DNA of 64,000 nucleotides from Antedon mediterranea. Its lineage: Eukaryota > Animalia > Echinodermata. The notes beneath the pieces are model-generated. The model did not search any database. It had not been told where the DNA came from and was given only the letters and a program-made list of their open reading frames with translations. The first letter of the stretch is position 1, and every line of letters starts with the position of its first letter. Shown here piece after piece: positions 1 through 30,889 of this stretch. The stretch lies in the NCBI RefSeq assembly GCF_964355755.1, contig NC_092679.1, positions 19,885,432 to 19,949,431 of the forward strand. The letters are read 5' to 3'. The position numbers were made by a program, and so were the translations under genes.

Positions 1-18916
<18,916 letters not shown>

Positions 18917-19598
18917 GACTGCCCCCTGTCAGGTGTAGTCAGAGACTAGAGGATAAACTTCTTAGGCCTAAGGCTAGCATTCTTGCCCTATAATAAATAA
19001 AGAATAGTTATATAATGATTAACCATAATCTTTGGTAAAAAACACCATGATAGATTTAACAGAATTTGAACCAACGTCCAGTACAGTATGTGATGTACAG
19101 ATTTAAAGGTGAAGGAGAGGGCAATGTAATATTTGATTAAAATTAATTAACGTAATGTAATTAATGTCTAGACCAATCAGCCTGTCATGGTAATAATATT
19201 AATTGTATTTCTTTATCTTATTAGATTTTATATTTACAGTACAGTACCCAAATAAAAAATCACACAGACAGTAAAATTTAAAACAAAATAGATTAATTAT
19301 TAATTGGGTGAAATAAAAACATGTGTTAATGCAGTTATGTTATTAACTGTAACTGCTTTGGAATGATAATTGATATAATATTAAGAAATTATTTAGGTTA
19401 AAGGTAATGTACACATTGAATGTAGGCCTAATAACAAGTACAGTTGTAAGAAGGATTCTCAAATGACAAGATCAATCATTAAAATGTACAGACTAACCAC
19501 TACCAGCATACATTTTAGAAGATGGATTAATGGTTATAAAGGGCCCACAGCAGGGTAAAGAAGTGTGATTTCCGTGAATTGCAATCCTTGCCATACAG

Positions 19599-19745
19599 TA
19601 CAGTAAAACCCTTATTAAGGAGACATATTTGGGACCCAAAAAAGTGTTACCTGAATAGGGGTTGGTCGTGGTGTTTACTTTCTCTCGTTCATTTTACAAT
19701 TGTCCCCTCAATAGGGGTGTCTCCCAAAGCAGGGGTTATACTCTA
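19599..19745. mobile_element. Tc1/mariner-type MITE (TACAGTA(G/A)AACCC...GGGGTT..ACT.TA)
   Basis: TA-flanked CAGTAAAACCC start and GGGGTTATACTCTA end. Related CCCTATTAAGGGGACAC/GTGTCCCCTTAATAGGGG fragments occur near 20610-20800, 33130-33250, 40335-40390 and 63970-64000. Confidence 0.5.
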
Positions 19746-19913
19746 ATTGCAATTCTATGACTTATTCAAAAAATAAAATCAATTTTCCTTTTAATAGTTT
19801 ATGCTACAATAAAACTTTAATTTTATTTAAGAAACAATTTACAGGACCACAATGTAATTTAACAAGTATATTTCTACTTGATTGTGTATACTATAATCCT
19901 ATATAAATATGTT

Positions 19914-19944
<31 letters not shown>

Positions 19945-22127
19945 TTACAGTACATCAGAAACTTTTATTCCAAATACAGAACATATTACTGTAGTGCAAT
20001 AAGGTAATTAAAAATAAAAAGGCTTGAAATAGAATTGAAGAAAGGAACTAGAGACAAAATGGCCAATCTACAGTAACTATAGCACTGCAACAAGGCCTTC
20101 CATGTACTAAGCTGAATAATTGAAATTTACAGGGACATTAATACTAGAATTAAATATCACAGAGAGCCAATGATTTCAAATGAACTGCTAGCAATTAGAG
20201 TACACAGTTGAATATCGTACATCTCATGGCATCCATCTTAATATGTCATCAGTTGTATACTGCACTGTATGTTACTACCTTGCTAACAGCATGACACTGT
20301 AATGCCGCAATGTATTAGGCTATGTTGCCATAGGGGCTATCTTAATCGGATAGAAAGAAATGTAATATAATAAATAGAAAATGTGATAACCTAGTTTTAA
20401 AGAAAATATGATGACATTAGGAAAATAAATATTGAATTGCTCTGGGAATCATCTAACACATTTTTTTTCAAACCATTGGTACATCACTTTTGAATTAATT
20501 AAAATATTCAGGGTATCTAATGCAGTATGTCATCTTTTTTAGGTGAACTTACTTAACTGTAGAGATCGCTTCTGTCAATCCACAATAAACTAGAAATAAA
20601 GTAACCCTTTCCTTTGGGAAACTACCTCTATTCACGGGACACCCTTCAGGAACAAGGAGCAATATATTTATAACTACAGTACAGGCAACCAAATTTAACC
20701 TACTATACAGTATACAGTAAGTCAGGAGAAAGAATATTAAAGGGAACCCTTTGGTGGGTCCTAAAGGTGTCCCTTTAATAGGGGTTTATTGTACTGTAGT
20801 AAAAAAACAGGTTTGATATTCAAGATTTTACTCAGAATCCTGATTGCTAATAAAATATTGTTGAAATAAATAAATAAATAAACAAAATAAACAATCATTA
20901 TTTTTGCCACACACCTTTTCAACATCCGCCCAGTAATCTTCTTACATAGTTATTATAGTAAATGTTGTTTCACTTCCTAAGCTCCAACATTAATGTTAGA
21001 ATTGACCTCTGAACTACAGTATACTGTACTGTATGTACAGTATCTGAAAACAGTTTCCCTATTCTGCTCAGTCACTCGGATATTTTAATTATAGCTTTTA
21101 ATTAATGAACTATAATTATCTACTAACAGTAACTTTCCTTTTTGTTATCATGCATCATCATCGTCACTAGTAATAGTCATCGTTGTAGTAACAACGCCAT
21201 ATTGATTTCACTTCACCTGCTGCCTGGCACATTCCTCCTCCATTCTCCAGGTCAGACTCTGTACTTTAATGTATCTAAGGAGACAATGTTCAATGTACCG
21301 AGGTCTAACACAAGACTAATGACCCTTGCAATTTACTAAACATGTGACTGTACAGTGTTAATAACTTATCCATAGAGACTTGCCTAATGTGTCACCCAAA
21401 GGATGACTAATGCTAATGGTATAAAATATTGTTTAACACATGCATGACTTACTGTATAATTTTGTAAATAAATTGCTAAAAAGCTGGATTGATGAGAAGC
21501 TGTAGAATGGGTACATTACATAAACACACTCGTTGAGAAGGAATTAATTAAAATCAACTTAGAGTTAATCAATATTTTTATATACTCTGTGTTCTATTCT
21601 ATACACAATATTTATTCCTATGCTTAAACTGAAGGGGAAACTGTAGTATTCAATTTTTAATCCAATACGGAAGAAAATATCTCTATCTTTAAATGTCACA
21701 AGATTAAATTCTCATTTTAAGATTCTAAGTGTTCATTGCCAGTGAAGGATTAGGAACAACCGTACATTACTATTGGCATTTAAAACAACATGATAATGGT
21801 ACAGTCGTGCAAGGACCAATCACAATGCGGATTATTCCTGTTCGTTCTCTAAATGTCCCTACTGTACAACAAGTCGTGATTTTTATAAAAAACATAAATA
21901 CCGTAAATAATAAAATAAATTAATCATAAGCCTAATTATAATAAATAAATAAAAAATATTTAAATGAAAATATATAAAATATATAAAATAGTAAGCCTTA
22001 AATAGAATTTTAAAAAGTGATGATACACACACAGGCACAGTAAGTAAACAGCGGCAACAGCAACTTTTTTAAGATTTGAAATGTTAAAAAAAAAATTCAT
22101 GATGGAGTAAATAAATAGGCCTAGCTA

Positions 22128-22937
22128 GGGATTAGGACAAGTTGAGCCGCCGCCAGAAAAACGTTATTTTCTATGAAACGCCAAATGCTTACTTTCGCCG
22201 GTGCTCGTTTCTATTTAATAGAAGTTCTATTTATATTAATTATTAGATATAACGATGTATATTCCAAAGTTTATATATCACGGTTTTTAGTATATATTAT
22301 TAAATATTATAATTAAAGAGAAATAATTATGAATATCTGACTTGTAGATTCCAAAATATAAGGCCTAAAACATGACCGAAAATGATCGTTTTTAGCCAAA
22401 AATGACGTAAACATGTTTCCCCCTTAGGCGGCAGTTGTATGAACTAGGCCTACTCCATTTTTCGGTAAAATAATTGCATAAAATCACCGTTTTTTAGTAA
22501 AATATTTTGTGTATTAACATTGTAAAATTCAATAAAATATGATATTAAAAGATAGTAGATAAAAAATAATTATTATTTAACCTCATTCGAAGAGTATCAA
22601 TACTCTATTAGTCCTGAGAGACAACATGATTTTACGCGAGAAAAATATTATGGAGTGCACTGCACTTGAAAGAATTTGAAAGATTTGAAAGATTAAAAAC
22701 AATTAAATTATTAAATATGACTACTTTCCTTTGCTGTGTTGTTATGGCTGTTCAAACCAACAAAATTGTAGTATGTAATTATTATTTATTTTCATGACAC
22801 AATAAACCTAAAGACCATGAACTTATGTACTAGGACACCCCTCTATCACTACGCGAAATGTCGTAAAAGACGCACTGGGCGTTTCATAGAAATTACCGGC
22901 GGCTCAACTTGTCGGCGGCCCAACCGGTCATATCCCC
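22128..22937. mobile_element. ~810-bp non-autonomous DNA transposon with terminal/subterminal inverted repeats
   Basis: Left end GACAAGTTGAGCCGCCG..TTCTATGAAACGCC; right end GGCGTTTCATAGAA..CGGCGGCTCAACTTGTC..GTCATATCCCC. Confidence 0.65.
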
Positions 22938-23319
22938 TTGCTAGGCCTAGAGGCTAGGCCTAGGCTATGCCATTAAAATTAAAAATCACCTTTTCACTAC
23001 GAAAGCCATCACCATATTTTACTGATTTATATGATGTGAAATTCATACATTACACAACATTTCATAGATGCATTAGGCCGTACTACTGCTACCTTCTCTA
23101 ACTTGCTGATAGGGCCCAGGCATGGGGTAATGATACGTATTTCAAGGGAATTCTTCACTCAAGCTAGCTTAGCCTAGGCCTACTGTCGAACGATTTGGCA
23201 GTTTCGAAATATGTATGGTATGTGCAATATTTGTCGTTAATAACGAAACTCTCAAGTTAAGAATCAAAAGTCTGAGATATTTGGAATTAATAAACGACAT
23301 AACATATAACATTACTTAC

Positions 23320-23430
23320 CAATTGGGTCTTCACATTGTACAGATACCGTAAATTAATAATAAAACTCTATCAAAACAATCCTGGCGATAACTTCTGTCG
23401 CCATTTTTACTGTGTGTGTGTGGGAGCTAC
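23320..23430 (-). promoter_or_regulatory. Candidate non-coding first exon / promoter of TTBK
   Basis: Strong minus-strand donor G|GTAAGTAA at 23319, a YY1-type AAAATGGCG at 23399-23407, and an acceptor upstream of the ATG exon at 18988-18989. Confidence 0.45.
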
Positions 23431-24490
23431 ACATCCAAGTCTAACAATGAAATGCGTTTCCAAAACATTTGCGTAATTTCCGTTTCATGTATTTCATAAA
23501 TAAATTATGTATTGTTTTAGCCTAGCCTAATCATTCCTATTCACAAATCAAACTAGATATATTATCATACTTAAACCAAAGAACTTTAAGTTCTTTGCTT
23601 AAACCTACAATGTAATTAAAAATAATATTATAGGCTTTGAAGGCCAATCAATTGGTAGCTATCGGCTGAACTTTTTTTTATTTTAATAATAAAAATCTCT
23701 ATGCCCAAACTAAAGTTTATAATTGTTATTTATAATAATTAAAGACGTAAAATGCTTATATAAGTATTCTTATTTTATATAAAAAACGATTGTTTAATAA
23801 AACTGACGTAATTAATGTAAAAGTTTGATAAAAATGAACAGTAAACAAGTACTTCTCAAGATTTTGTAAGTTTGTACTTAGAGTGCGCCCTCTGGAGGAG
23901 AGGTTTTTGTTGATTTTTACCGGAACTGTTTCTTTTTTGTACTGTATACAAACATTTTTTTATAGTGAGGTAGACAAATGGTTAGGTTCAGGAAAAATAC
24001 AAAAATGAAAAATGGTGAATTATATTATCTTGAAACTGTTATATATGGCCTCTTTAATTGTACCCGATATGTTTGTTTAAACAGGAATGCTGAAAAAAAT
24101 AAAAACAACTAGCACCACAAAATAACTTGTATAATTTTAATATAATATAGAAATTTGATTTGAAACTATATAGAAATTAAAAAAAGAAGAAATAACCGAC
24201 ATTTTGTAAAACTTTGTTTATAAAATAATTTTGAGTTTTCATACACAATCACAGTATCACGAAAACCTTGATAAATACATTTCAATTTGTTATACATGAT
24301 ATATACGAAAGAAAAATTGAAGTTATAATTACTTATATATCTTTCATAATTTTTACAGTACTATTTCATGTGAGTACTGTACTGCAGCTAGAGAAGTTTT
24401 ATCCCAAAATCAAAGTAACAGATTCAAAACATGTAACGAAAACTCTATAAAATCCTCATGATGTCCAATCCTAATACTTTGGTAAACTTA

Positions 24491-24651
24491 AGCTCTGTCT
24501 ACACTATCAAACTAATTTGACAAAAAAGTGGGATGTGCCTAAACCTGGTAGTGATATGCCCAAATATGGTGGTTATATGATGTCATCATGTCCATATATA
24601 GGCACATCACACTTGTTTTGTCACATAAAGTTTGATAGTGTAGACAGAGCT
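24491..24651. mobile_element. MITE family 1, intact, with TTA target duplication
   Basis: TTA|AGCTCTGTCTACACTATCAAACT...AGTTTGATAGTGTAGACAGAGCT|TTA. A 3-bp TWA TSD is typical of PIF/Harbinger. Confidence 0.85.
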
Positions 24652-24856
24652 TTAGAAACACTTGTCCCAAGTTCTATACAAGTGGGTTTGGTCCTTTCTG
24701 TCTGATGGGAATTAGGTTGAGGTTGGCATATAACTGAAGATCAAAATGTCAATACTTGGATGAGTCATAGGTATCACCTGTGGAAAAATGTCAGTACATT
24801 TCATCAAAGAACTTATAACACAAGAATCTCCTTTCATTGTGGGATAGAATAGAGCT

Positions 24857-25183
24857 ATGGGTGGCGCCATTGTAAGCCATGGAGTAGGGCGCCCGCATCA
24901 AATTAGAAAGTCAAAATCATAGAGGGGATCTGCTAATGCTCTAGGGGGATAGAGTAATTGACTGAGGAGGAGGGCGCCCGCATCAAATTAGGAAGTCAAA
25001 ATCATAGAGGGGATCTGCTAATGCTCTAGGGGGATAGAGTAATTGACTGAGGAGTAGGGCGCCCGCATCAAATTAGAAAGTCAAAATCATAGAGGGGATC
25101 TGCTAATACTTTAGGGGGGGTAGAGTAATTGACTTCCTAGTTTGGAGGGGGCGCTGCTCCATGCTGTGAAATAGCGTCGCCCA
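24857..25183. repeat. Element with imperfect TIRs enclosing three 85-bp tandem repeats
   Basis: Units start at 24881, 24966 and 25051 (GGAGTAGGGCGCCCGCATCAAATTAG..). Ends TGGGTGGCGCCATT..CATGGAG and CTCCATG..AATAGCGTCGCCCAG are imperfect reverse complements. Confidence 0.75.
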
Positions 25184-25337
25184 GTTTGACCTTTTAACCC
25201 TATACTTCCGATACTGTGTTTTGAATGCAAATTGAAGAACAGGAGATTCTTGTGTTATAAGTTCTTTGATTTCATTCATATATTCTAATTTTATGTCCAC
25301 ATGATGAGTTTAGCATAATTATATTTAGTTTCAATTT

Positions 25338-27385
25338 TCATGATATATGCAATTGTATTTGTTGCTCTATCTCTTCTAAATTCTTCATAACTTCTCCTAC
25401 TTTTTCTTCATCCATTTCAAAACGAACAACATCTGTTTCCTAGGTAACATAAAAAAAACAAACATCTTGATTAATATAATGTTTGATAAATAATAGCAAC
25501 ATTGTTACTGCAATTCCAAACTGTATAAAAGTTAATATTTATATTTGTGGTAATTAATTTTTGACAGCTTGAGATTATTATCTTCTCATTTCTCTCCTGG
25601 ATAATAAATAGAGGGCAGTATGGATATATTTAAAAAATCTAATTCTGAGCTAAAAAACAACCACCTCTCATTTATTTTAACTTCAGATGATGGCATGCAC
25701 TATTTGCATTGTTCTATTTTTACATAAGTATAAGTCCTGACATAGATACCAGATACTCTTATAAATAAACTATTTAGGAGTGCAATTTCATAAAAAAAAA
25801 CAAGGGTACACTCTTTGAGTATTGACTATTATTTATTAATTACAGGGAGGTTGGTAATCTATTGTCCGATGTGTGTCATACCTTATGTATACCATGATAA
25901 ACCACTGCATCATAACCTGCAATGTGACTATGACGAAACAATTGAAAAAATTATTGACGGCCCTTTTAGAGAACAAGGACACACCACGACTGTCCTTTTG
26001 TGGTAAAGTGACGGACATTGTTGGACAATTGTTCGTTAATAATTTAGGTATTTTGACACACCCCCCTGTGTCATTAATTATTTGTAAATGATGCACCCAT
26101 GACACACCTCTCCCGGGAGTCGTTAAGTGCATCATAGAAGTGCATTAAGGTTTATAATAAAGTATGTAAAACATGCACCTGTTTCTTGTTAAGAGGGTTT
26201 GCAATCTGTAATTCAACAATAGCTGTTGGTACACTTATTTGTTCAATATTTTTAGCCTGTCCTTTTACGTCAATCCTCCAGCTCATACTTTTTAATGTGT
26301 TGTTCCAACAACTCTGAAAAAGAAAAAACTATACTTTTTAATAAATTTCAAATATTTTACATTTCTCTTATGTATCGAATCACATGCCAAAATAGCTGTG
26401 ATTCTGACTCTTATGTTACACAGTGGGAAAATGTATGAAATTCATGTCACGTTATTGGATTGTCTTGTACTTTATGTAGTGTGAAAGTTATTCATCAGCA
26501 GTGGCGTATCCAGGATTTGAAATAGGGTTGAAACAATGGTAGAATAAAGTGCTGAACTAAACCTAAAGTCCTGAAGTCCTATTTTTTGCATTGTAAATTT
26601 CCAAATGTTGGGGTCTTGGGGCAGTCCTTCGATCTGCCTACTGTATGCTCAAGTTGGGATTCCCTGATGTTAAATGATCCCAGATGCTTGGATCTCATTC
26701 CCGTATTACCTGGGATATTACGCTTTCATGGATTTTAGTTTTATTATTTTTCCAGAACTTTGTGATTGCAGCGGCTTGTTCTTCTGTTAATCCTCCTTCA
26801 CGCTTCTTCTTGTGAGATGTTAAAAAAGCCTCAAGCTGATTAAAGTCCATGTCAGCTGAAACTAAACTCTTTAACGAAAAAAAAAGACTTCTTATTATGT
26901 GTATAATATTTAGAGTAACAAGAGAGAGATAGCCCCCTCATCCCACTTCGTAAATGGCTGAAAATACATTATTTGGCTTTAATATGATCCTAGCTAGGTA
27001 GGCTAGCCTAGTTCCTGATATAATAAGAATGTAGGGTGTGTATTGGAAGACAGTAGAAAACAAAACGGATTAGGCTAGGCCTAGTAACTTCCCCAGCAAG
27101 CCAAGACAAAATAACACACCGGAGCATGTGACATAAATCCCCACCCAATTATTCCCTTCACGAAAATATCGACAGCCTAGAATAGGCCTAGCTCTACAAC
27201 CAGTTTTATACCTTCAATAAACTTTTAAACTTTCTAAGTACCGACTGGAATTCATCATCGGATAGCTCAGGGAATAATTCACTTTTAATAAATTCATCCG
27301 TAAATTCTTTGTTTCCATAGTATTGTCTTTTAGCTATACCATTTAATAAACCCAAAAAAGTTTTACTCTGTTGTTGACCGGCCAT
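25338..27385 (-). CDS. COMMD1: COMM domain-containing protein 1 (189 aa)
   Basis: Exons 27212-27385 (MAGQQQSKTFLGLLNGIAKRQYYG..ELFPELSDDEF), 26710-26868 (SLVSADMDFNQLEAFLTSH..GGLTEEQAAAITKFWKNNKTKIHES), 26179-26313 (WNNTLKSMSWRIDVK..PTAIVEL), 25338-25439 (ETDVVRFEMDEEKV..EIEQQI*). All are phase 0 GT-AG. The gene is absent from the ORF track. Confidence 0.95.
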
Positions 27386-27600
27386 TTTTGCACATGATAA
27401 AAGTTATCCAATCAACGTATGTGTTTTATCTTACCTTCTCCAGAAAAAGTTTTGTTACGATCCAGGCGATTGGTCAACAATTGCTAGTTGTAGAGGCCGC
27501 TCGTCAATGTTGTTTTCGTGAACAAAAATTATTTTTGAGCATGTCTGACTAAAATCCTTGTTAATTTCGAATACACATAATATTTACCTAATATTCAGTA
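27386..27600. promoter_or_regulatory. Bidirectional promoter COMMD1/COQ6
   Basis: Only 215 bp separate the divergent start codons. CCAAT at 27408-27412, inverted CCAAT (ATTGG) at 27469-27473, and a YY1-like AAAATGGCC over the COMMD1 ATG. Confidence 0.75.
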
Positions 27601-30080
27601 ATGCAATTTTTAAAAGTATTCTCAAGAACACTGCCTCAATGTAGATTTCGTGTTTTATTGACAGAAAACGTCAAAATACATCACCGATTTCTGTCATGTC
27701 AGTCTACTGGACGATTCCAATGTATGAAGGAGGTGGAACCAGATCAAAAGGAGAAGCAGAATCAAGAAGATAACCAGACAGAATTCTATGATATTGTTAT
27801 TGCAGGTGGTGGGATGGTTGGTACGGCAATGGCATGTGCACTAGGTGTGTATGATTGAGGATGGTTCCTTCCTTCTGGTTCCACGATGGTCAAAGTACTT
27901 TTATTGGAATGAATTTAAGTTTATTTTTTGTTTTCATTTAGGTCATAATTTAATGTTCGAACACCAAAAAATGTTGCTGTTAGAAAGCGGTAGTAAGCCA
28001 TCTTTTTGCAATGAACCTCCTGGAGCGTACAGTAATCGTGTCAGTGCTTTGAATCCACAAACTGTTGAGCTTATGAAAAGTAAGTGCAGCTCTACTTAGT
28101 ACTACTGTATTTAACTGTACTTTCTACTCATTCGAAGTACTCGCAATTCAATTTCAACAAGGTTAAAGTTGTCCATTTTTTCCTCTTCAGAGTTGAATGT
28201 TTGGAATCGCATAGAAGACACAAGAACAAAATCAGTTTGCCGAATGCAAGTTTGGGACGCATGCTCAGATGCACTTATTACATTCGATCAAGGAGACCTC
28301 ACAATAAGTGTTGCCCACATTGTTGAGAACAACATCACATTGGGGGCGTTAACCAATCGACTCGATGAGAGCAACGTAGAAGTACAATACAACAGTAGAA
28401 CGAAGCACATTGAGTTTCCAACACAAGAGGACGCTTCACAATTGGTTAAAATACAGTTAGATAATGGAAAGTTCATTGAAACAAGACTTCTGATTGGTGC
28501 AGATGGCAACAGGTCAATGATCAGGGAATCGGCTGGGATTAAAAATGTCGGATGGGATTATGATCAGTCAGGCATTGTGGCAACGTTGATGCTTTCAGAA
28601 GTAGGTTGAAAATCCTGTAAAATGTTTAAAAGAGTGGAGTTCTGAAGAAGCATCTCTTCCAAATTTAAATTTAATGTTACATATAGGTACTAAAATATTT
28701 GACACATACTTTGCTGTTTTTTCTATAAGCTCTGTCTACACTATCAAACTTTATGTGACAAAAATGTGTGATGTGCCCATATATGGACATCATGATGTCA
28801 TATCACTACCATATTTGGGCACATTACACTTTTTTTGACCAAAGTATTTCCTCTTTTCAGCCTGTAGAAAACACTGTGGCTTGGCAAAGGTTTTTACCGT
28901 CTGGACCAATCGCAATGCTGCCTGTAAGTCTCTGGTTGTGGACAAAATTGCAATATTAGTATACAAAACCACAGTGAACCTGTAGGCCTAATTGTTTTAT
29001 TGTTATGTAAAAACTTTGTTGTTTTTGTTAGTTAACAGATACTCTAAGCTCATTGGTGTGGTCGATAGACCATGACAAAGCAAAAGCATTGGTATCAATG
29101 CCAGAGGAGGAATTTGTTGATGCTGTCAATACTGCATTTGTAAGTAGCATCAGGGCGTTGGTTTTTTTCTTTTACACGTTGGGCTAAGTTCTGTTTAAGT
29201 TAACATAAAGAAAGCTTAATTTGTTTTCATTTATTTACAATATATTTTCTAGTGGAAGGACTACGAGAGTCATGATGTAGTGCATACCGCCTCAAACATG
29301 GTTGATAATTTGCTCAGACTTGTCAATCCAGATGGTTCCGACTTTCGTCAGCTGCCACCGAGCATCATCGGGGTGACTGAGGGAAGCAGAGCAAGATTTC
29401 CATTAGGATTGGGGCATGCCTCGTACTATGTCAAACCCAGATTGGCTTTAATTGGGTAATTTATATACTGAACTTCTTATAGTGTGATATGACACCATCG
29501 TGTCCATATATGGGCACATCACAGTTTTTGTCACATAAAGTTTTTGTAGACATAGCTTTACATGTTACAAATATGACAAATTTATAGCCATTTCAACAAA
29601 TTCTTTTTTCTTAAAAGTGATGCAGCCCACAGAATACACCCACTTGCAGGTCAAGGCGTGAACCTTGGCTTTGGTGATGTCATCAGCTTGACATCTAAGC
29701 TTGCAGAAGCCTTAAGTGTTGGAGGTGACATAGGTAAGAAAATTGAGTATTTTTAACAATCACATAATATTATGCAATTGTGGTGTAGTTTTGTGGCGGA
29801 TTACTTAGAGAGCTTGAGTTATTACCCTACTACGGTTCTGATTTTTCGAATTTTTATTTAAATGGTAAAATCTCTTTTAATAGGTTCACTTTTACATCTA
29901 TGCAAGTACGAGACGGAACGACAGCGCCACATTGTACCAATCATGGCAACCATCGATGCTTTGAAAAGGCTGTATTCAACCGATAGGCCAGAGATTGTGC
30001 TTCTAAGAACTGTAGGCCTAAAGTTGACAAATGCATTGCAACCTCTGAAAAATCAATTTATGGTTGGGGCTAGCAGTTGA
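27601..30080 (+). CDS. COQ6: Ubiquinone biosynthesis monooxygenase COQ6, mitochondrial (~492 aa)
   Basis: Exons 27601-27844, 27942-28079, 28191-28600, 28861-28923, 29032-29139, 29253-29455, 29618-29733, 29884-30080. Motifs [89 protein letters not shown]. The N-terminus is basic and presequence-like. Confidence 0.96.
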
Positions 30081-30599
30081 ACCAATCAAATGTTGTGGTA
30101 GTATACAGCATTGCCATTGGTCAATACATTCTAAAGACTGGTCCTGGTATTCTGGGAGATTGTTTGCTATTGGTTAATTAGATGGCTTTCTTTAAAAAAT
30201 TGTTTCCCATTGGCCAATAGCGATGTCTCAGTATTGTCTGCCAATTGGTTAGTAAAGGTTAGACATACCTTGGTAGTATTTAAAACATCCCTGGTCAATC
30301 ATTTCCAGATAATTGTACCCATTAAAATTGTAATTCTCTAAAAGAATCTAAATATATTATAATTTGCTTATTAAAATTTTTCAAATTAGATATGAAAAAA
30401 AAATAGTGCTTTAAATTTGTTTTCTTTACGATACTGTAATAAAGTTTTTATTTTAGCAGTTATGCACAATAGCTCTTTATATTTATTATTATATACAGTA
30501 TTGATCAATATTCCAAATATTTACATTACATAAGAAGATGTGATGTATATTCATAAGCATACAAATATATATTTATTTTAATTCCATAAATTCTACAAA

Positions 30600-30751
30600 C
30601 TAGGCAGTAAAATAGTTTTTATAATAGTTGTGACCTTGACCTATGACCTTTCCCCTCAAATTCGAACTCGTCCGAGCTTTTGGGGCATAGATCATTGTTG
30701 GCAAATTTGGTGAGAATCGGATAAAAACTGTGGCCTCCAGGCTGTTCACAG

Positions 30752-30782
<31 letters not shown>

Positions 30783-30828
30783 CACAAACATACAGGGGTG
30801 AAAATATAACCTCCTTGGCGGATGTAAT
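30600..30828 (-). mobile_element. Non-autonomous element with (CA)n/(TG)n tract, possibly Helentron-associated (HINE/DINE-like)
   Basis: Minus strand begins ATTACATCCGCCAAGGAGGTTATATTTT, followed by a (TG)n microsatellite and GGTCATAGGTCAAGGTCA. A related fragment lies near 37400-37497. Family assignment is from recalled resemblance only. Confidence 0.5.
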
Positions 30829-30889
30829 TATTGAAAACATTGTTATACAAAAGTAAACTATACTGTTTGTATCAAACAATGCTTGACAA

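Noticed and set aside
22718-22760. Possible THAP-domain start (C-C-V..Y-G-C-S-N) inside the TIR element
   Set aside because: It needs a frameshift, is only a few residues long and has no downstream THAP motifs.
25805-26150. Overlapping ORFs in COMMD1 intron 3
   Set aside because: No recognisable protein motifs; probably a repeat fragment. The COMMD1 exons join in frame without it.
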